Positions 11,806-21,461 of a stretch of 64,000 nucleotides of DNA are shown piece after piece. Each line of letters starts with the position of its first letter. The stretch's first letter is position 1. Location: contig JBDRIY010000019.1 in assembly GCA_043815445.1 (NCBI GenBank), positions 5,368 through 69,367 on the forward strand, given 5' to 3'. The DNA comes from Candidatus Omnitrophota bacterium. GTDB taxonomy: Bacteria > Omnitrophota > Gorgyraeia > Duberdicusellales > 4484-171. The notes below the pieces were generated by a model. The model was given only the letters and a program-made list of their open reading frames with translations. It was not told the origin of the DNA and ran no database searches. Made by a program: the position numbers and the translations under genes.

Positions 11806-12949
11806 TTTCAGCCACCGCCTTTTTTGCTTCTTCGATTATACTTAAAGCCTTTTTCTGTCCCAGGCCTTTGAGCTTGGCCAGAGCTTTCACATCCTGTTTT
11901 GCCAGGATATTTAAGTCTCCATAACCAGCTTCAGTTAATATTGAAGCCACTTTATTACCAATACTTTTCAGCTTCATTAAATTTTTAACATTCTCCTCTA
12001 TACTCTCTTTTGAACGGACATCTATTTCCCAACTTACTAATTTAGAGGCAAGCCTAACATTTTGCCCTTTACGGCCTATAGCTAAAGAAAGCTGGTCTGC
12101 CGCTACCAAAACCTTTGCCCGCTTATACTCTCTATCTAAACTTATCATAGATATAACTGCCGGGCTAAGCGCTGCTTTTATATATTCTTTAATATCCTCA
12201 CTCCACCTGATAATATCAATCTTTTCACCCCTAAGCTCTTCTATGATATTTTTAACTCTTGAACCTCTTATGCCCACACAAGCTCCTACACAATCTACCT
12301 TATCGTCTTTAGAAACAACCGCTATTTTAGTTCTTTCACCAGCGCTGCGGGCAATAGCTTTTATCTCCACGATTCCTTCGCCAATTTCAGGCACCTCAAG
12401 GTCAAAAAGCTTTCTTACCAATCCTTCATGCTTTCGGGAAAGAATTATTTGAACTCCTCTTTCCTTTTTGACTTCATAAACAAAAGCCTTTACTCTTTCC
12501 TTAACCCTAAATCTATCTAAAGGAGAAAGAAAAGAATGAGGAATAATTCCTTCTGCTTTTCCCATAAGATCCAAAATAACCGCTTTTTTTTCCAAACGCT
12601 GAACTAATCCTCCTACTATGGTGCCTTCTTTAACCTTATAATCATCGTAAATATTATCCTTCTCAGCCTCTCTTATCTTCTGAATAATAACCTGCCTGGC
12701 GGTTTGAGCCGCAATCCGGCCGAATTCCTTGGATACAACTTCTTTGTTATTAATATAGATAAGAATATCGCCTCGAACAGAATCTATTTCAACTTTTACT
12801 TCCGCGTCTTCAATATCCGGATAAGTTATCTTAGCAACTTTTTTTGCCGCTATAGTTAAAGCTGACTGAACCGCTTCAATAATAATACTCCTATCTAGCC
12901 CTTTTTCCCTTTCTAACTGCGCGAGTACACTTAAAAATTCTTTTCTCAC
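11792..12949 (-). CDS. nusA: Transcription termination/antitermination factor NusA
   Basis: [14 protein letters not shown]1 and KH domains ([26 protein letters not shown]), C-terminal HhH-like tail. Confidence 0.97.
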   Translation of the reverse strand: MRKEFLSVLAQLEREKGLDRSIIIEAVQSALTIAAKKVAKITYPDIEDAEVKVEIDSVRGDILIYINNKEVVSKEFGRIAAQTARQVIIQKIREAEKDNIYDDYKVKEGTIVGGLVQRLEKKAVILDLMGKAEGIIPHSFLSPLDRFRVKERVKAFVYEVKKERGVQIILSRKHEGLVRKLFDLEVPEIGEGIVEIKAIARSAGERTKIAVVSKDDKVDCVGACVGIRGSRVKNIIEELRGEKIDIIRWSEDIKEYIKAALSPAVISMISLDREYKRAKVLVAADQLSLAIGRKGQNVRLASKLVSWEIDVRSKESIEENVKNLMKLKSIGNKVASILTEAGYGDLNILAKQDVKALAKLKGLGQKKALSIIEEAKKAVAENENP

Positions 12950-13031
12950 TTTTAACCCCCTGATATAACCTTTGGCTATACCTCATTACACAAAATCATC
13001 TACAACCCGAGTAATCAAAACATCCTGATTC

Positions 13032-13493
13032 TTACAGGATGCCTATTTTTTCTTTCCCTACCTTAATCTTACCAAAATCTATCTTTAAAACTTCTTTTTT
13101 ATTCAACAAAGACAATATATCTTCATTTACCCCTAAGACTTCTCCTTCAAAATAGGTTTTATCATTAACAGGCTCACTCAGCCATAAAAGTATTGTTCTT
13201 CCTTGGGCCCTTAAGAAATCTTTGCTACTCTTAAGCGGCCGGTCCAAGCCCGGAGAATTCACCTCTACCGTAAAATCATCGCCCAAAAGCCTACTTTCAT
13301 CTAAATAAGCAAATATACTTTTGTTAATTTTCGCGCAAACAATCACAGTTATTCCGCCCTGAGAATAATCTACGATACAGCGCGCGATATTCTTAGTCCG
13401 AGAAAAAAAAACTTTAAAGTCTATAAGCTCAGCACCCTCTGCCTCAACAATTTCTTCCACTTTAATTTTAACTTTTTCTTGATTGGTTAACAT
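13032..13493 (-). CDS. rimP: Ribosome maturation factor RimP
   Basis: EVNSPGLDRPL motif; upstream of nusA. ATG at 13493 preferred. Confidence 0.92.
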   Translation of the reverse strand: MLTNQEKVKIKVEEIVEAEGAELIDFKVFFSRTKNIARCIVDYSQGGITVIVCAKINKSIFAYLDESRLLGDDFTVEVNSPGLDRPLKSSKDFLRAQGRTILLWLSEPVNDKTYFEGEVLGVNEDILSLLNKKEVLKIDFGKIKVGKEKIGIL

Positions 13494-13505
13494 ATCTATC
13501 CTTCT

Positions 13506-13640
13506 AAAATTCCAAATCCCAAGCACCAAATTCCAAATAAATCTCAAATCTCAAAATCCAAATTCCAATAAAGAATTTCTCCGTTTGGAATTTGTATATT
13601 GGAATTTATTTGTGATTTGGAATTTGTTATTTGGAATTTC
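13506..13640. repeat. Heptamer-periodic inverted repeat, AAATTCC family
   Basis: AAATTCC AAATCCC AAGCACC AAATTCC AAATAAAT ... ATTTATTT GTGATTT GGAATTT GTTATTT GGAATTT. Confidence 0.9.
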
Positions 13641-13645
13641 ATTTC

Positions 13646-14797
13646 TTATTCGCCTTTTAAGAATTTTATCAAAGCCTCTTTTTTAAAGCTTTCTTTCTCC
13701 CCTGTTTTCCTCACTTCCAAATCTATAGTTTTATCTTTTAAATACTTTTTACCCATAATCAATATGTAAGGATTTCCTATTAAATAAGCATCATTAAATT
13801 TAACTCCAGCGCCTGATTCTCTATCATCAATTAAAACAGAAAATCCTTGTTTTTCCAGGTTATCTCCCAAAATAAGTGCTTCCTTTAGCAGCTTTGAGTC
13901 CAAAACAACTAAGCTTAAATCAAAAGGACTAATATTTTTAGGCCAAACTAAACCTTTTTCATCCGAACTTACTTCGGCAACTGCTGAAAGTATCCTACTG
14001 ACGCCTATGCCATAGCAACCCATTATCACCGGCCCGCGCTCGCCTTTTTCATCAAGAAAAAACGCTTCCTGAGCTGATGAATACTTTGTGCCCAGCTTAA
14101 ATATATGCCCAATTTCAATCATCCTTTTTTCTTCAACAATATCCTCACCTATATCAGCCGGAACCATAAACTCATGTGAAAGGCCAGCCCCCATAAACCC
14201 TGGATCTGCTTTAAATTTCATACAATTAAGCCCGCAATCTTTAAATATATCTTCATAACAAGCAAGCATCTTTTCGTAGTTTTCATTCAAACCTTTTTCA
14301 TCTTTATCAAAACTGTAAGCATCTTTCATAATAAACTCACAGCTCCTCATAAGCCCAAAACGCGGCCTTAATTCATCTCTGAATTTAGTTTGTATTTGAT
14401 AGAGAATAAAAGGAAGCTGTTTATAGGAAGACAAATGACGGCGGACAAGCTCAGTGATTTCTTCTTCATGAGTAGGCCCTAAAACCAATTCTCTGCGCTT
14501 TCGATCTTTGAATTTAAACATAACCTCTTCTAAATCTTTATCCCGTCCGGTTTTTTTCCACATCTCTATAGGCTGTAAAGCGCTCATAAACAATTCTTGA
14601 GCGCCGTAAGAATTCATATGTTTCCTAATGATATTATTTATATTATTTAAAACCTTCCAGCCTAAAGGAAGATAAGAATATATTCCCGAAGAAATCATAG
14701 AAAGAAAACACCCCTGGAGCAAAAGCTTATGGCTCCTGCATTCAGCAATTTTTGGTGCTTCTCTTAAAGTAAAAATAAAACTCTTTGAGAATAACAT
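13646..14797 (-). CDS. proS: Proline--tRNA ligase (short form lacking the INS editing domain)
   Basis: LGPTHEE, QTKFRDELRPRFGLMR, EIGHIFKLGTKYS and MGCYGIGVSR. ATG at 14797 preferred. Confidence 0.96.
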   Translation of the reverse strand: MLFSKSFIFTLREAPKIAECRSHKLLLQGCFLSMISSGIYSYLPLGWKVLNNINNIIRKHMNSYGAQELFMSALQPIEMWKKTGRDKDLEEVMFKFKDRKRRELVLGPTHEEEITELVRRHLSSYKQLPFILYQIQTKFRDELRPRFGLMRSCEFIMKDAYSFDKDEKGLNENYEKMLACYEDIFKDCGLNCMKFKADPGFMGAGLSHEFMVPADIGEDIVEEKRMIEIGHIFKLGTKYSSAQEAFFLDEKGERGPVIMGCYGIGVSRILSAVAEVSSDEKGLVWPKNISPFDLSLVVLDSKLLKEALILGDNLEKQGFSVLIDDRESGAGVKFNDAYLIGNPYILIMGKKYLKDKTIDLEVRKTGEKESFKKEALIKFLKGE

Positions 14798-14942
14798 AAT
14801 TATATTATAAATAGATATCGTTATGCGTTGAAAGGTCGCGTAGCTGGAAACGGGCAACGTTAAACGTTGAACGTATTTTAGACGCAACCGATAGACGTAT
14901 GACGATTCGAGCTACGCAACCGAAAAACGGTTAACGCAACCC

Positions 14943-15977
14943 TTACTTTTTTATCAAATCTACTAAATTTTCTATTATCTTCTCTTCACTACTATACCCT
15001 AAAATCTTATCTTTTTTAAAAATTACCGCTTTTTTCTTTCCAAACGCCGCTCCAATGTCAGCCTGATAAGCTTCTCCCGGGCCGTTTACGATACAGCCCA
15101 TAACAGCGACACGTAAAGGTTTATTTATCTTTGAATTTTCTAATTTTTTCTTTAGCTTGCCTACTATACCCGCGATGTTAACTTCACACCTTGAACAGGT
15201 TGGGCAAGAAATAATTTCCGGGCCGAATTTTCTTAAATTAAGAGCTTGTAATATATATTTAGCAATTCTTACCTCCTGAAAAGAAGGCCCGGCTAAAGAT
15301 ACCCTAATAACGTCTCCGATACCTTGGTTTAAAAGGCTTCCCAACCCTATTGAAGATTTAACTATCCCTTCTAAAAAAGGGCCGGTAGCAGTAACCCCTA
15401 AATGAAGAGGATAGTCAGATTCTTTAGAAAACATTCTATTAGCAACAATAGTAGCGATAACATCAGCGCCTTTTAAAGAAACCATTATATCAAAAAAACC
15501 TTGGCTCTCCAAGATTTTAAGGTAATCCTGAACTTTCTTAACCATTTGACGGGCCAAGCCCTCAGGAGAAGAAAAATCTTTCTTAAACCCTCCCGAGTTA
15601 ACTCCAACCCTTATAGATACACCTTTATCTTTAGCAGCTTTAGCGATTTTTTTCAGATCATTTTTTTTATAAATATTCAAAGGGTTTAAACGAATACTAT
15701 TAAACCCCTGTTCTATAGCTGCTAAAGCAATTTGAGGACAAAAATGGATATCCGCGACTAAGGGGACTTTTACGTGTTTGCTTAAAAGATTTGCCAGCTT
15801 AGCGTCTTTATTTTCTTGAACAGCAACTCTTATAGCTTCCGCACCCTCTTTTTCTAATCTTTTGGCTTCTTTAATCAGAGCCTTGGTATCACTAACAGAG
15901 CTTTTAAGCATCCCCTTAATTCGAACCGGATTATTTCCCCCTATCTCAAGTTTACCTATTTTTACGACTCTTTTCAT
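14943..15977 (-). CDS. ispG: (E)-4-hydroxy-3-methylbut-2-enyl-diphosphate synthase
   Basis: PLVADIHF, IRVGVNSG, YPLHLGVT, SCPTCSR and MGCIVNGPGE motifs. Confidence 0.96.
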   Translation of the reverse strand: MKRVVKIGKLEIGGNNPVRIKGMLKSSVSDTKALIKEAKRLEKEGAEAIRVAVQENKDAKLANLLSKHVKVPLVADIHFCPQIALAAIEQGFNSIRLNPLNIYKKNDLKKIAKAAKDKGVSIRVGVNSGGFKKDFSSPEGLARQMVKKVQDYLKILESQGFFDIMVSLKGADVIATIVANRMFSKESDYPLHLGVTATGPFLEGIVKSSIGLGSLLNQGIGDVIRVSLAGPSFQEVRIAKYILQALNLRKFGPEIISCPTCSRCEVNIAGIVGKLKKKLENSKINKPLRVAVMGCIVNGPGEAYQADIGAAFGKKKAVIFKKDKILGYSSEEKIIENLVDLIKK

Positions 15978-16014
15978 GTTTTATCGTTTTAACGGGCGGA
16001 CAACCGTCCGGCCC

Positions 16015-17118
16015 CTACGGCAAAGCCTTTTCCTCGTTCTTCGTTGAAATATTCTTTCCGTTTTTTAAAATCTTAGGGCCAAACCTTAAAATATCATTAT
16101 AGAAAACAAATATAATCAGTAAAATAAGAAAAGTAAATCCTACGCGGGTTAAAATATCTTCTGTTTTTTCCCTTAAGGGTTTCTTTCGCATTTTCTCCAT
16201 AAAGAAAAAGAAAAGGTGTCCGCCGTCTAAGACAGGAATAGGAAATAAATTAACTATACATAAGCTTACACTTAAAACCGCCATAAGCTGTAGAACCGCT
16301 GTCCCTCCAATTTTAGCAGCTTCAGAAGTAATATAATAAATACCAATAGGCCCGGCCATAGCTTCTTTAAAAGGAATAAGCCCTAAAATAATAAAAACAA
16401 ATCCTTTAATGACAAGAAAAGTTAGATTAAACAAAGCTTGAGCGCCTTGAACAAAACCCCTAAAAAAACCATAGCTGATAATTTCAACCTCTGATGAAGC
16501 TGATATTCCTATCACCGATATATTTTTCTTTCTGCCAAAATCATCGATAATTTCCTTTTCACGCAAAGGAACTTCTATGGATATATTTTCTCCTTCTCTC
16601 TCAACTTCAAGATTAACCTTTTCTTTCGCGGTATAAATTATCCTTGCCATATCTACCCAGGTAGTAACATTTTTGTTATTTACCGCTAAAATTTTATCTC
16701 CTTCCTTAACACCGGCTTGAGCGGCAGGATAACCCTCCGAAACCTTTCCTACTACAGCTGCCGGATAAGAAAAGCCAACCATTGCTATAATCCAAAATAT
16801 AATTAAAGCTAATAAATAATTAAATAAAGGCCCCGCGAAAACAATTCTCATCCGCACGCCCGGAGCTTTAGAAAAAAACTCGTTGTTAAATCCTTTATGC
16901 TCAAGCCGGCTATCCCCCGCTAATTTTACATATCCGCCTAAAGGAAAAAGACAAACTGAAAACTCGGTTTCCCGTCCTTTTATCTTAAACAAGGCCGGGC
17001 CGAAACCAATAGCAAATTTTTCTACTTTAACTCCAGCTTGCTTAGCGGCAATAAAATGGCCTAATTCATGGATAACAACCAAAATACTAAAAACAATTAT
17101 TACGATTAAAACGCTCAT
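16015..17118 (-). CDS. rseP: RIP metalloprotease RseP
   Basis: HELGH, FAIGFGP, PLGGYV, PDZ domain and NLFPIPVLDGG. Confidence 0.96.
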   Translation of the reverse strand: MSVLIVIIVFSILVVIHELGHFIAAKQAGVKVEKFAIGFGPALFKIKGRETEFSVCLFPLGGYVKLAGDSRLEHKGFNNEFFSKAPGVRMRIVFAGPLFNYLLALIIFWIIAMVGFSYPAAVVGKVSEGYPAAQAGVKEGDKILAVNNKNVTTWVDMARIIYTAKEKVNLEVEREGENISIEVPLREKEIIDDFGRKKNISVIGISASSEVEIISYGFFRGFVQGAQALFNLTFLVIKGFVFIILGLIPFKEAMAGPIGIYYITSEAAKIGGTAVLQLMAVLSVSLCIVNLFPIPVLDGGHLFFFFMEKMRKKPLREKTEDILTRVGFTFLILLIIFVFYNDILRFGPKILKNGKNISTKNEEKALP

Positions 17119-18275
17119 AATTTATTTAAATACTCCTTTGTTTTCTCCCTAGCCCAGCTATCCCAGAAAAAGATATCAGCCTCATTCTTTATTTTATTTT
17201 GAGGATAATGGCTATATATATATTCCACAGCTTTGTAAATATCAGAAAATTTTATCTTCTTTTTTAAAAAATAATCTATGGCTATTTCATCGCAAGCATT
17301 TAAAACTACGAGAGAATTATCCTTTTTTTTCGCGGCTTCTAAAACTATTTTTAGAAGAGGGTAACGATTATAATTTATGGGTTCAAAAGTATAAGAAAAA
17401 TTGTTTTTAAAATTAATGCCGCTGTTAAAATTACTCCTCTGAGGATAATACAGAGCAAAGGAAATCGGAACTTTCATGTCCGCGGGATAAATACAAGCAA
17501 ACAAAGTATTATCTTTACATTCAACCATAGCGTGAACCATAGATTCTTTATGTATCAAAATATTAATTTTCTCAAAAGCAAGGCCAAAGAAAAAATGAGT
17601 TTCAATAACTTCAAAACCTTTATTAACTAAGGTAGCGCTGTCAACAGTAATGCGCCTTCCCATATTCCAGTTAGGATGATCTAAAACCTTTTGGACGCTA
17701 ACCTTGGCAAAATCCCTTTTGCCGCAATTTGCCAGAGAACCTCCGGAAGCAGTAATATGAACCCTACGAAAACAATCGTTTGAATTCTGCCAGTTTTTAT
17801 TCATTTCAATGAGCTGAAAAAAAGCGTTTATTTCACTATCTACCGGTAAAATCTCAGTATTATATTTTTTCGCTTGCTTAAAGACTAAAGCGCCTGCTGT
17901 TACTATTGATTCTTTGTTAGCTAAGGCAATTCTTTTAGTATGCCTTATATTTATAAGTAAAGGCTTTAAACAAGAAATTCCTGAAATTGCCATAAGTGAA
18001 ATATCACAATCCAAAGCTGAAAACTCTTCTAAGCCTTCCTCTCCTTTGAATAACTTTATCCGCCCGGTTAACTCTTTTTGTAATTTTTTTGCCTGTTTTT
18101 GATCTCTTAAACAAACGTATAAAGGCTTAAATTCTTTTATTTGGCTTAAAAGAGTTTTTATATCCCTATCCGCGCAAAGGCCTAAAATCTTGAATTCCTT
18201 TCTATCCCGCCTTATTACTTCTAAAGCGCTTCTTCCTATTGAACCTGTTGAGCCGAATACTAAGACCTTTTTCAT
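17115..18275 (-). CDS. dxr: 1-deoxy-D-xylulose-5-phosphate reductoisomerase
   Basis: GSTGSIG, LANKES, PVDSE, TASGG, HPNWNMG and DSATLVNKGFE motifs. Confidence 0.97.
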   Translation of the reverse strand: MKKVLVFGSTGSIGRSALEVIRRDRKEFKILGLCADRDIKTLLSQIKEFKPLYVCLRDQKQAKKLQKELTGRIKLFKGEEGLEEFSALDCDISLMAISGISCLKPLLINIRHTKRIALANKESIVTAGALVFKQAKKYNTEILPVDSEINAFFQLIEMNKNWQNSNDCFRRVHITASGGSLANCGKRDFAKVSVQKVLDHPNWNMGRRITVDSATLVNKGFEVIETHFFFGLAFEKINILIHKESMVHAMVECKDNTLFACIYPADMKVPISFALYYPQRSNFNSGINFKNNFSYTFEPINYNRYPLLKIVLEAAKKKDNSLVVLNACDEIAIDYFLKKKIKFSDIYKAVEYIYSHYPQNKIKNEADIFFWDSWAREKTKEYLNKL

Positions 18276-18294
18276 AAATTAATAAGCTATTATT

Positions 18295-18455
18295 AAAATC
18301 CCAAATTTCAAGCACCAAATAACAAATAAGCTCCAAATTTCAAGCACCAAATTCCAAATAAATCTCAAATTTCAAATTCCAAAAATTCCCCATTGGAATT
18401 TGGATATTGAGTATTGGAATTTATTTGTTATTTGGAATTTGTTATTTGGAATTTC
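18295..18455. repeat. Heptamer-periodic inverted repeat, AAATTCC family
   Basis: Same arms as 13506-13640, with a partial duplication of the left arm. Confidence 0.9.
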
Positions 18456-18470
18456 ATTTTTATCTATGCC

Positions 18471-19262
18471 TTATCTCATCATAGTAACATATAAATACAA
18501 AATAGGGGCGGTAAAAATTAAGCTGTCAATAACGTCAAGAGCTCCCCCCATACCCCATAAGATTCTTCCTGAATCTTTTACCCCGCAGTCCCTTTTTATA
18601 AGAGATTCAAAAAGGTCCCCCATTTGAGATATTATAGCTAAAATAATTATTAAAAAAAACTTTTCCCAAAAATCAATGCTGTCTATAAATAAAGAAAATA
18701 TAAGCCCTACACTTAAACTGGTAAAAAAACCGCCCATGGAACCTTCTAATGATTTTTTAGGGCTTATTTTTTTAATAAGGGGAGTTTTTCCAAATTTTTT
18801 GCCCCATAAATAAGCGCCTACATCTGAAGATTTAGTGACTAGAACTAAGAACCCTGTCAGCATTGCCCCTTCAGGCAGCTGCCTCACTCTTATTAGAAAA
18901 CTAAAGCACCAGGAAATATAGATTACGCCGAATATCGTTGCTGATATTGAAAGAACTGAATGATGCGTTTCTTTTTTTCTAAACTCAAGAAGAAAAAGAA
19001 CAAATAACCCTATAATAACAAATAAAAACTGCCAACCTTCTTTTATAGGAAAACGAAAATAAATAGTTATAGGAATAAGTAAACCAAGTAAAAGGCCTAA
19101 GGGCTTAAATAGCCTAACTCCTTTTTTCTCTACCATATGGAAAAATTCATATAACCCCGCGAGGATAAGAAAACAGGTAGCTATACCGCATAAAGGATAA
19201 TAAATTACCGCGAACACAGCGCAAAAGCCTAAAACAGTCGCGGGAATAATTCTCTCATTCAT
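18471..19262 (-). CDS. cdsA: Phosphatidate cytidylyltransferase
   Basis: SDVGAYLWG, ISPKKSLEG and GDLFESLIKRDCGVKDSG; multi-TM. Confidence 0.95.
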   Translation of the reverse strand: MNERIIPATVLGFCAVFAVIYYPLCGIATCFLILAGLYEFFHMVEKKGVRLFKPLGLLLGLLIPITIYFRFPIKEGWQFLFVIIGLFVLFLLEFRKKETHHSVLSISATIFGVIYISWCFSFLIRVRQLPEGAMLTGFLVLVTKSSDVGAYLWGKKFGKTPLIKKISPKKSLEGSMGGFFTSLSVGLIFSLFIDSIDFWEKFFLIIILAIISQMGDLFESLIKRDCGVKDSGRILWGMGGALDVIDSLIFTAPILYLYVTMMR

Positions 19263-19959
19263 ATATTCCTCCAAATTTCCTTACTCTATTAGAATATACT
19301 TCTACGGCTTTATAAAGTTCTTTTTTGCTAAAGCTAGGCCAAAAAACAGGGCTGAAATAAAACTCACTATATGCTAAATTCCAAATCAAAAAATTGCTTA
19401 TCCTTTGCTCTCCGGAAGTTCTTATAAGAAAATCAGGCTCCAGGCCGCTGCCCAAAGAAAGATAACGGCTAAATAATTTTTCATCTAAATCCTGCCGAGA
19501 TATTTTCTTGCTATCGTAATCTTTAATAATTTGCTGGGCCGCGTTAACTATGTCCCATCTTCCGCCATAGTCTAAAGCAATATTAAAAATAAAATCCTTA
19601 TTGCCGGAAGTGACATTTTCTAAATCCTCTATCTTTCCGATAACATCTTTGGATATACGGTCTCTTCTGCCGATAGCTTTAAACTTTATGCCTTCTTTTA
19701 CTAACTCTTTTTTATTATCTTTGATAAAATTCTTAAGATAAAAAAAAAGAAACTCTACTTCTTTTTTGGGCCGGTTCCAGTTTTCAGTTGAAAAGGCAAA
19801 AATGGTAAGAGCGCTAACCCCTATCTTTTTTACTTCTTTCATTATTTCTTTTATCCTTTGAACCCCTTTTCTGTGCCCGGCAGTACGAGGTAAACCCCGT
19901 TTCTTTGCCCACCTCCCGTTGCCATCCATTATTATGGCTATATGTTTAGGAATATTCAT
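19255..19959 (-). CDS. uppS: Undecaprenyl diphosphate synthase (isoprenyl transferase)
   Basis: PKHIAIIMDGNGRWA, FSTENWNRP and IRTSGEQRISNFL. ATG at 19959 with GGAG RBS. Confidence 0.97.
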   Translation of the reverse strand: MNIPKHIAIIMDGNGRWAKKRGLPRTAGHRKGVQRIKEIMKEVKKIGVSALTIFAFSTENWNRPKKEVEFLFFYLKNFIKDNKKELVKEGIKFKAIGRRDRISKDVIGKIEDLENVTSGNKDFIFNIALDYGGRWDIVNAAQQIIKDYDSKKISRQDLDEKLFSRYLSLGSGLEPDFLIRTSGEQRISNFLIWNLAYSEFYFSPVFWPSFSKKELYKAVEVYSNRVRKFGGIYE

Positions 19960-19979
19960 ATCTCCTCGCTTCGCTCGCA

Positions 19980-20116
19980 TTGCAAAATGCAAAATTAGCA
20001 ATTAGCAATTAGCAATTAGCAATGTAAAATGTTTAATGTATTGCTTCAGCCGAAGGCTGATCCGCCTTTGGCGGAAATTTTAAAATGCTAAATTTGCATT
20101 GTTAATTTTTAAATTG
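19980..20116. repeat. Heptamer-periodic inverted repeat, TTAGCAA family, with nested 2x15-bp palindromes
   Basis: (TTAGCAA)x4. Related element at 54263-54327. Confidence 0.85.
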
Positions 20117-20130
20117 TTGAATCTAAAAGT

Positions 20131-20153
20131 AAAGGGGGCCTACGCCCCCTTTT
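20131..20153 (-). terminator. Intrinsic terminator-like hairpin
   Basis: AAAGGGGGC-CTAC-GCCCCCTTTT: GC stem with T/A tails, downstream of ORF 20181-20591. Confidence 0.65.
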
Positions 20154-20180
20154 AGAAATACAACACTGCCTTGAACTCTA

Positions 20181-20591
20181 TTATTCTTGTTCTGAAAGCT
20201 TCTTATTGATAGATTCTTCTTCTGAGTTCTCTTCCAGTTTTGTCTCTTGTTCTGAAAGCCTCTTATTCATAAGTTCTTCTTTTAAGTTCTCTTCCAGCTT
20301 TATCTTTAGTTCTTCAAGCTTTATATTTTCTTTTGTGAGGTTCCCTATCTTACTCACGCTTTCAATCTTAAAATTATCCAGCTGCTCATTCAATTCTTTA
20401 AAATCTTTTTTCAACTTTAAATTATCTTCTTTTAAGCTCTCAACATCTCTTTCGGAATTTATATTTTTTGCCAACTGCTGTTTATAGCTGCCCGATAAAG
20501 AATTCATCTTTACTAGAAGAGAAACTCCACCAATAACCAAAACTACAATCAATCCTATAAGTAAACTTATTATTAAAGAGCTATCTTTCAT
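20181..20591 (-). CDS. Membrane-anchored coiled-coil hypothetical protein
   Basis: N-terminal hydrophobic helix followed by K/E/L-rich heptads. Overlaps the stop of the upstream OmpA/MotB gene (ATGA). Confidence 0.75.
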   Translation of the reverse strand: MKDSSLIISLLIGLIVVLVIGGVSLLVKMNSLSGSYKQQLAKNINSERDVESLKEDNLKLKKDFKELNEQLDNFKIESVSKIGNLTKENIKLEELKIKLEENLKEELMNKRLSEQETKLEENSEEESINKKLSEQE

Positions 20592-21244
20592 TTCAATTCC
20601 TCCTCTTGATCCTCAATAGCTTCCTCTTGTCCAGCCTTTTCTTCTTCAACTGTTTCCATTTTTTTTACTATTTTAGGTAGAATAACAACTTCAACCCGCC
20701 GGTTAAACTGTCTCCCCTCAATAGTGTCATTAGAGGCAACGGGTTTATACTGGCCATACCCAGCTGCTGAAAGCCTTAAAGGATTAACCCCACCGCTTTC
20801 TAAATGATAAAGAACGCTAAGCGCCCTTTGAGTAGATAGCTCCCAATTAGTTTTCCAGCGCGAATACTTTATCGGCTCATTATCAGTATGGCCTTCAACC
20901 ATAATATTGTTGCCGGGAACTTCTTCTTTAAGGATTTTCACTACTTTATTTAAAACAGGTAAACTTTGCTCTTTTAAATCAGCTTTTCCTGAATCATAAA
21001 GAACTTCAGCCACAAAAGTAATAACCAAGCCTTTCTGAGCCATCTCCAGCCGAACCTGCTTATCTTTTATCTCTTGTGACAGCTGTTGGGTTAAAATATC
21101 TTTGGCGTTTTTAAACGTTTGCAGTTCATTCTCTAAAGACTGTATTTTTTCAATATCCGAACGCCTGCCTTTTTGTAAAACAACAGCGCAGCCATTAATA
21201 AAAAAAACAAAAATAATTAACAGCAAAAAAAGGTTTCTACACAT
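20588..21244 (-). CDS. OmpA/MotB-family peptidoglycan-binding lipoprotein
   Basis: Lipobox-like INGC, coiled coil, VEGHTDN, NWELSTQRA, GYGQYKP and NRRVEVVI. Confidence 0.88.
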   Translation of the reverse strand: MCRNLFLLLIIFVFFINGCAVVLQKGRRSDIEKIQSLENELQTFKNAKDILTQQLSQEIKDKQVRLEMAQKGLVITFVAEVLYDSGKADLKEQSLPVLNKVVKILKEEVPGNNIMVEGHTDNEPIKYSRWKTNWELSTQRALSVLYHLESGGVNPLRLSAAGYGQYKPVASNDTIEGRQFNRRVEVVILPKIVKKMETVEEEKAGQEEAIEDQEEELK

Positions 21245-21317
21245 AATTGCCTCCTGGTATAAATTAAACTTTAAATCCTGATCTCCAAGTTAATATTTTT
21301 GACATTTTATCTTTTGT

Positions 21318-21414
21318 AACAGACAGATCACGGCCTGTCCCTACATATTTTGTTATTATAATATTTCTAATAAAATAATCTTGTTATGTAGGGGAGGGTC
21401 GAGACCCTCCCGCT
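21318..21414. repeat. Pair of GTAG-type REP-like palindromes
   Basis: Minus strand TGTAGGGACAGGCCGTGATCTGTCTGT and plus strand TGTAGGGGAGGGTCGAGACCCTCCCG. Others at 15991-16018 (minus) and 52658-52684 (plus). Confidence 0.7.
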
Positions 21415-21461
21415 AATTTATTGTTTTTTAAAGGTTTTATTCTAATCTACTTTTTAGCTTA

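Noticed and set aside
8574-18455. Recurrent AT-rich repeats as a CRISPR array
   Set aside because: They are dispersed fold-back elements with 7-nt periodicity, not identical direct repeats with unique spacers, and no cas genes are present.
13483-18627. Similar peptides WNLFVIWNLLFGISF in ORFs 13483-13686 and 18400-18627 as a small protein family
   Set aside because: They are translations of the AAATTCC-family repeat arm. The same repeats produce false N-terminal extensions on rimP, trpS, uppS, thrC and the AEC transporter.
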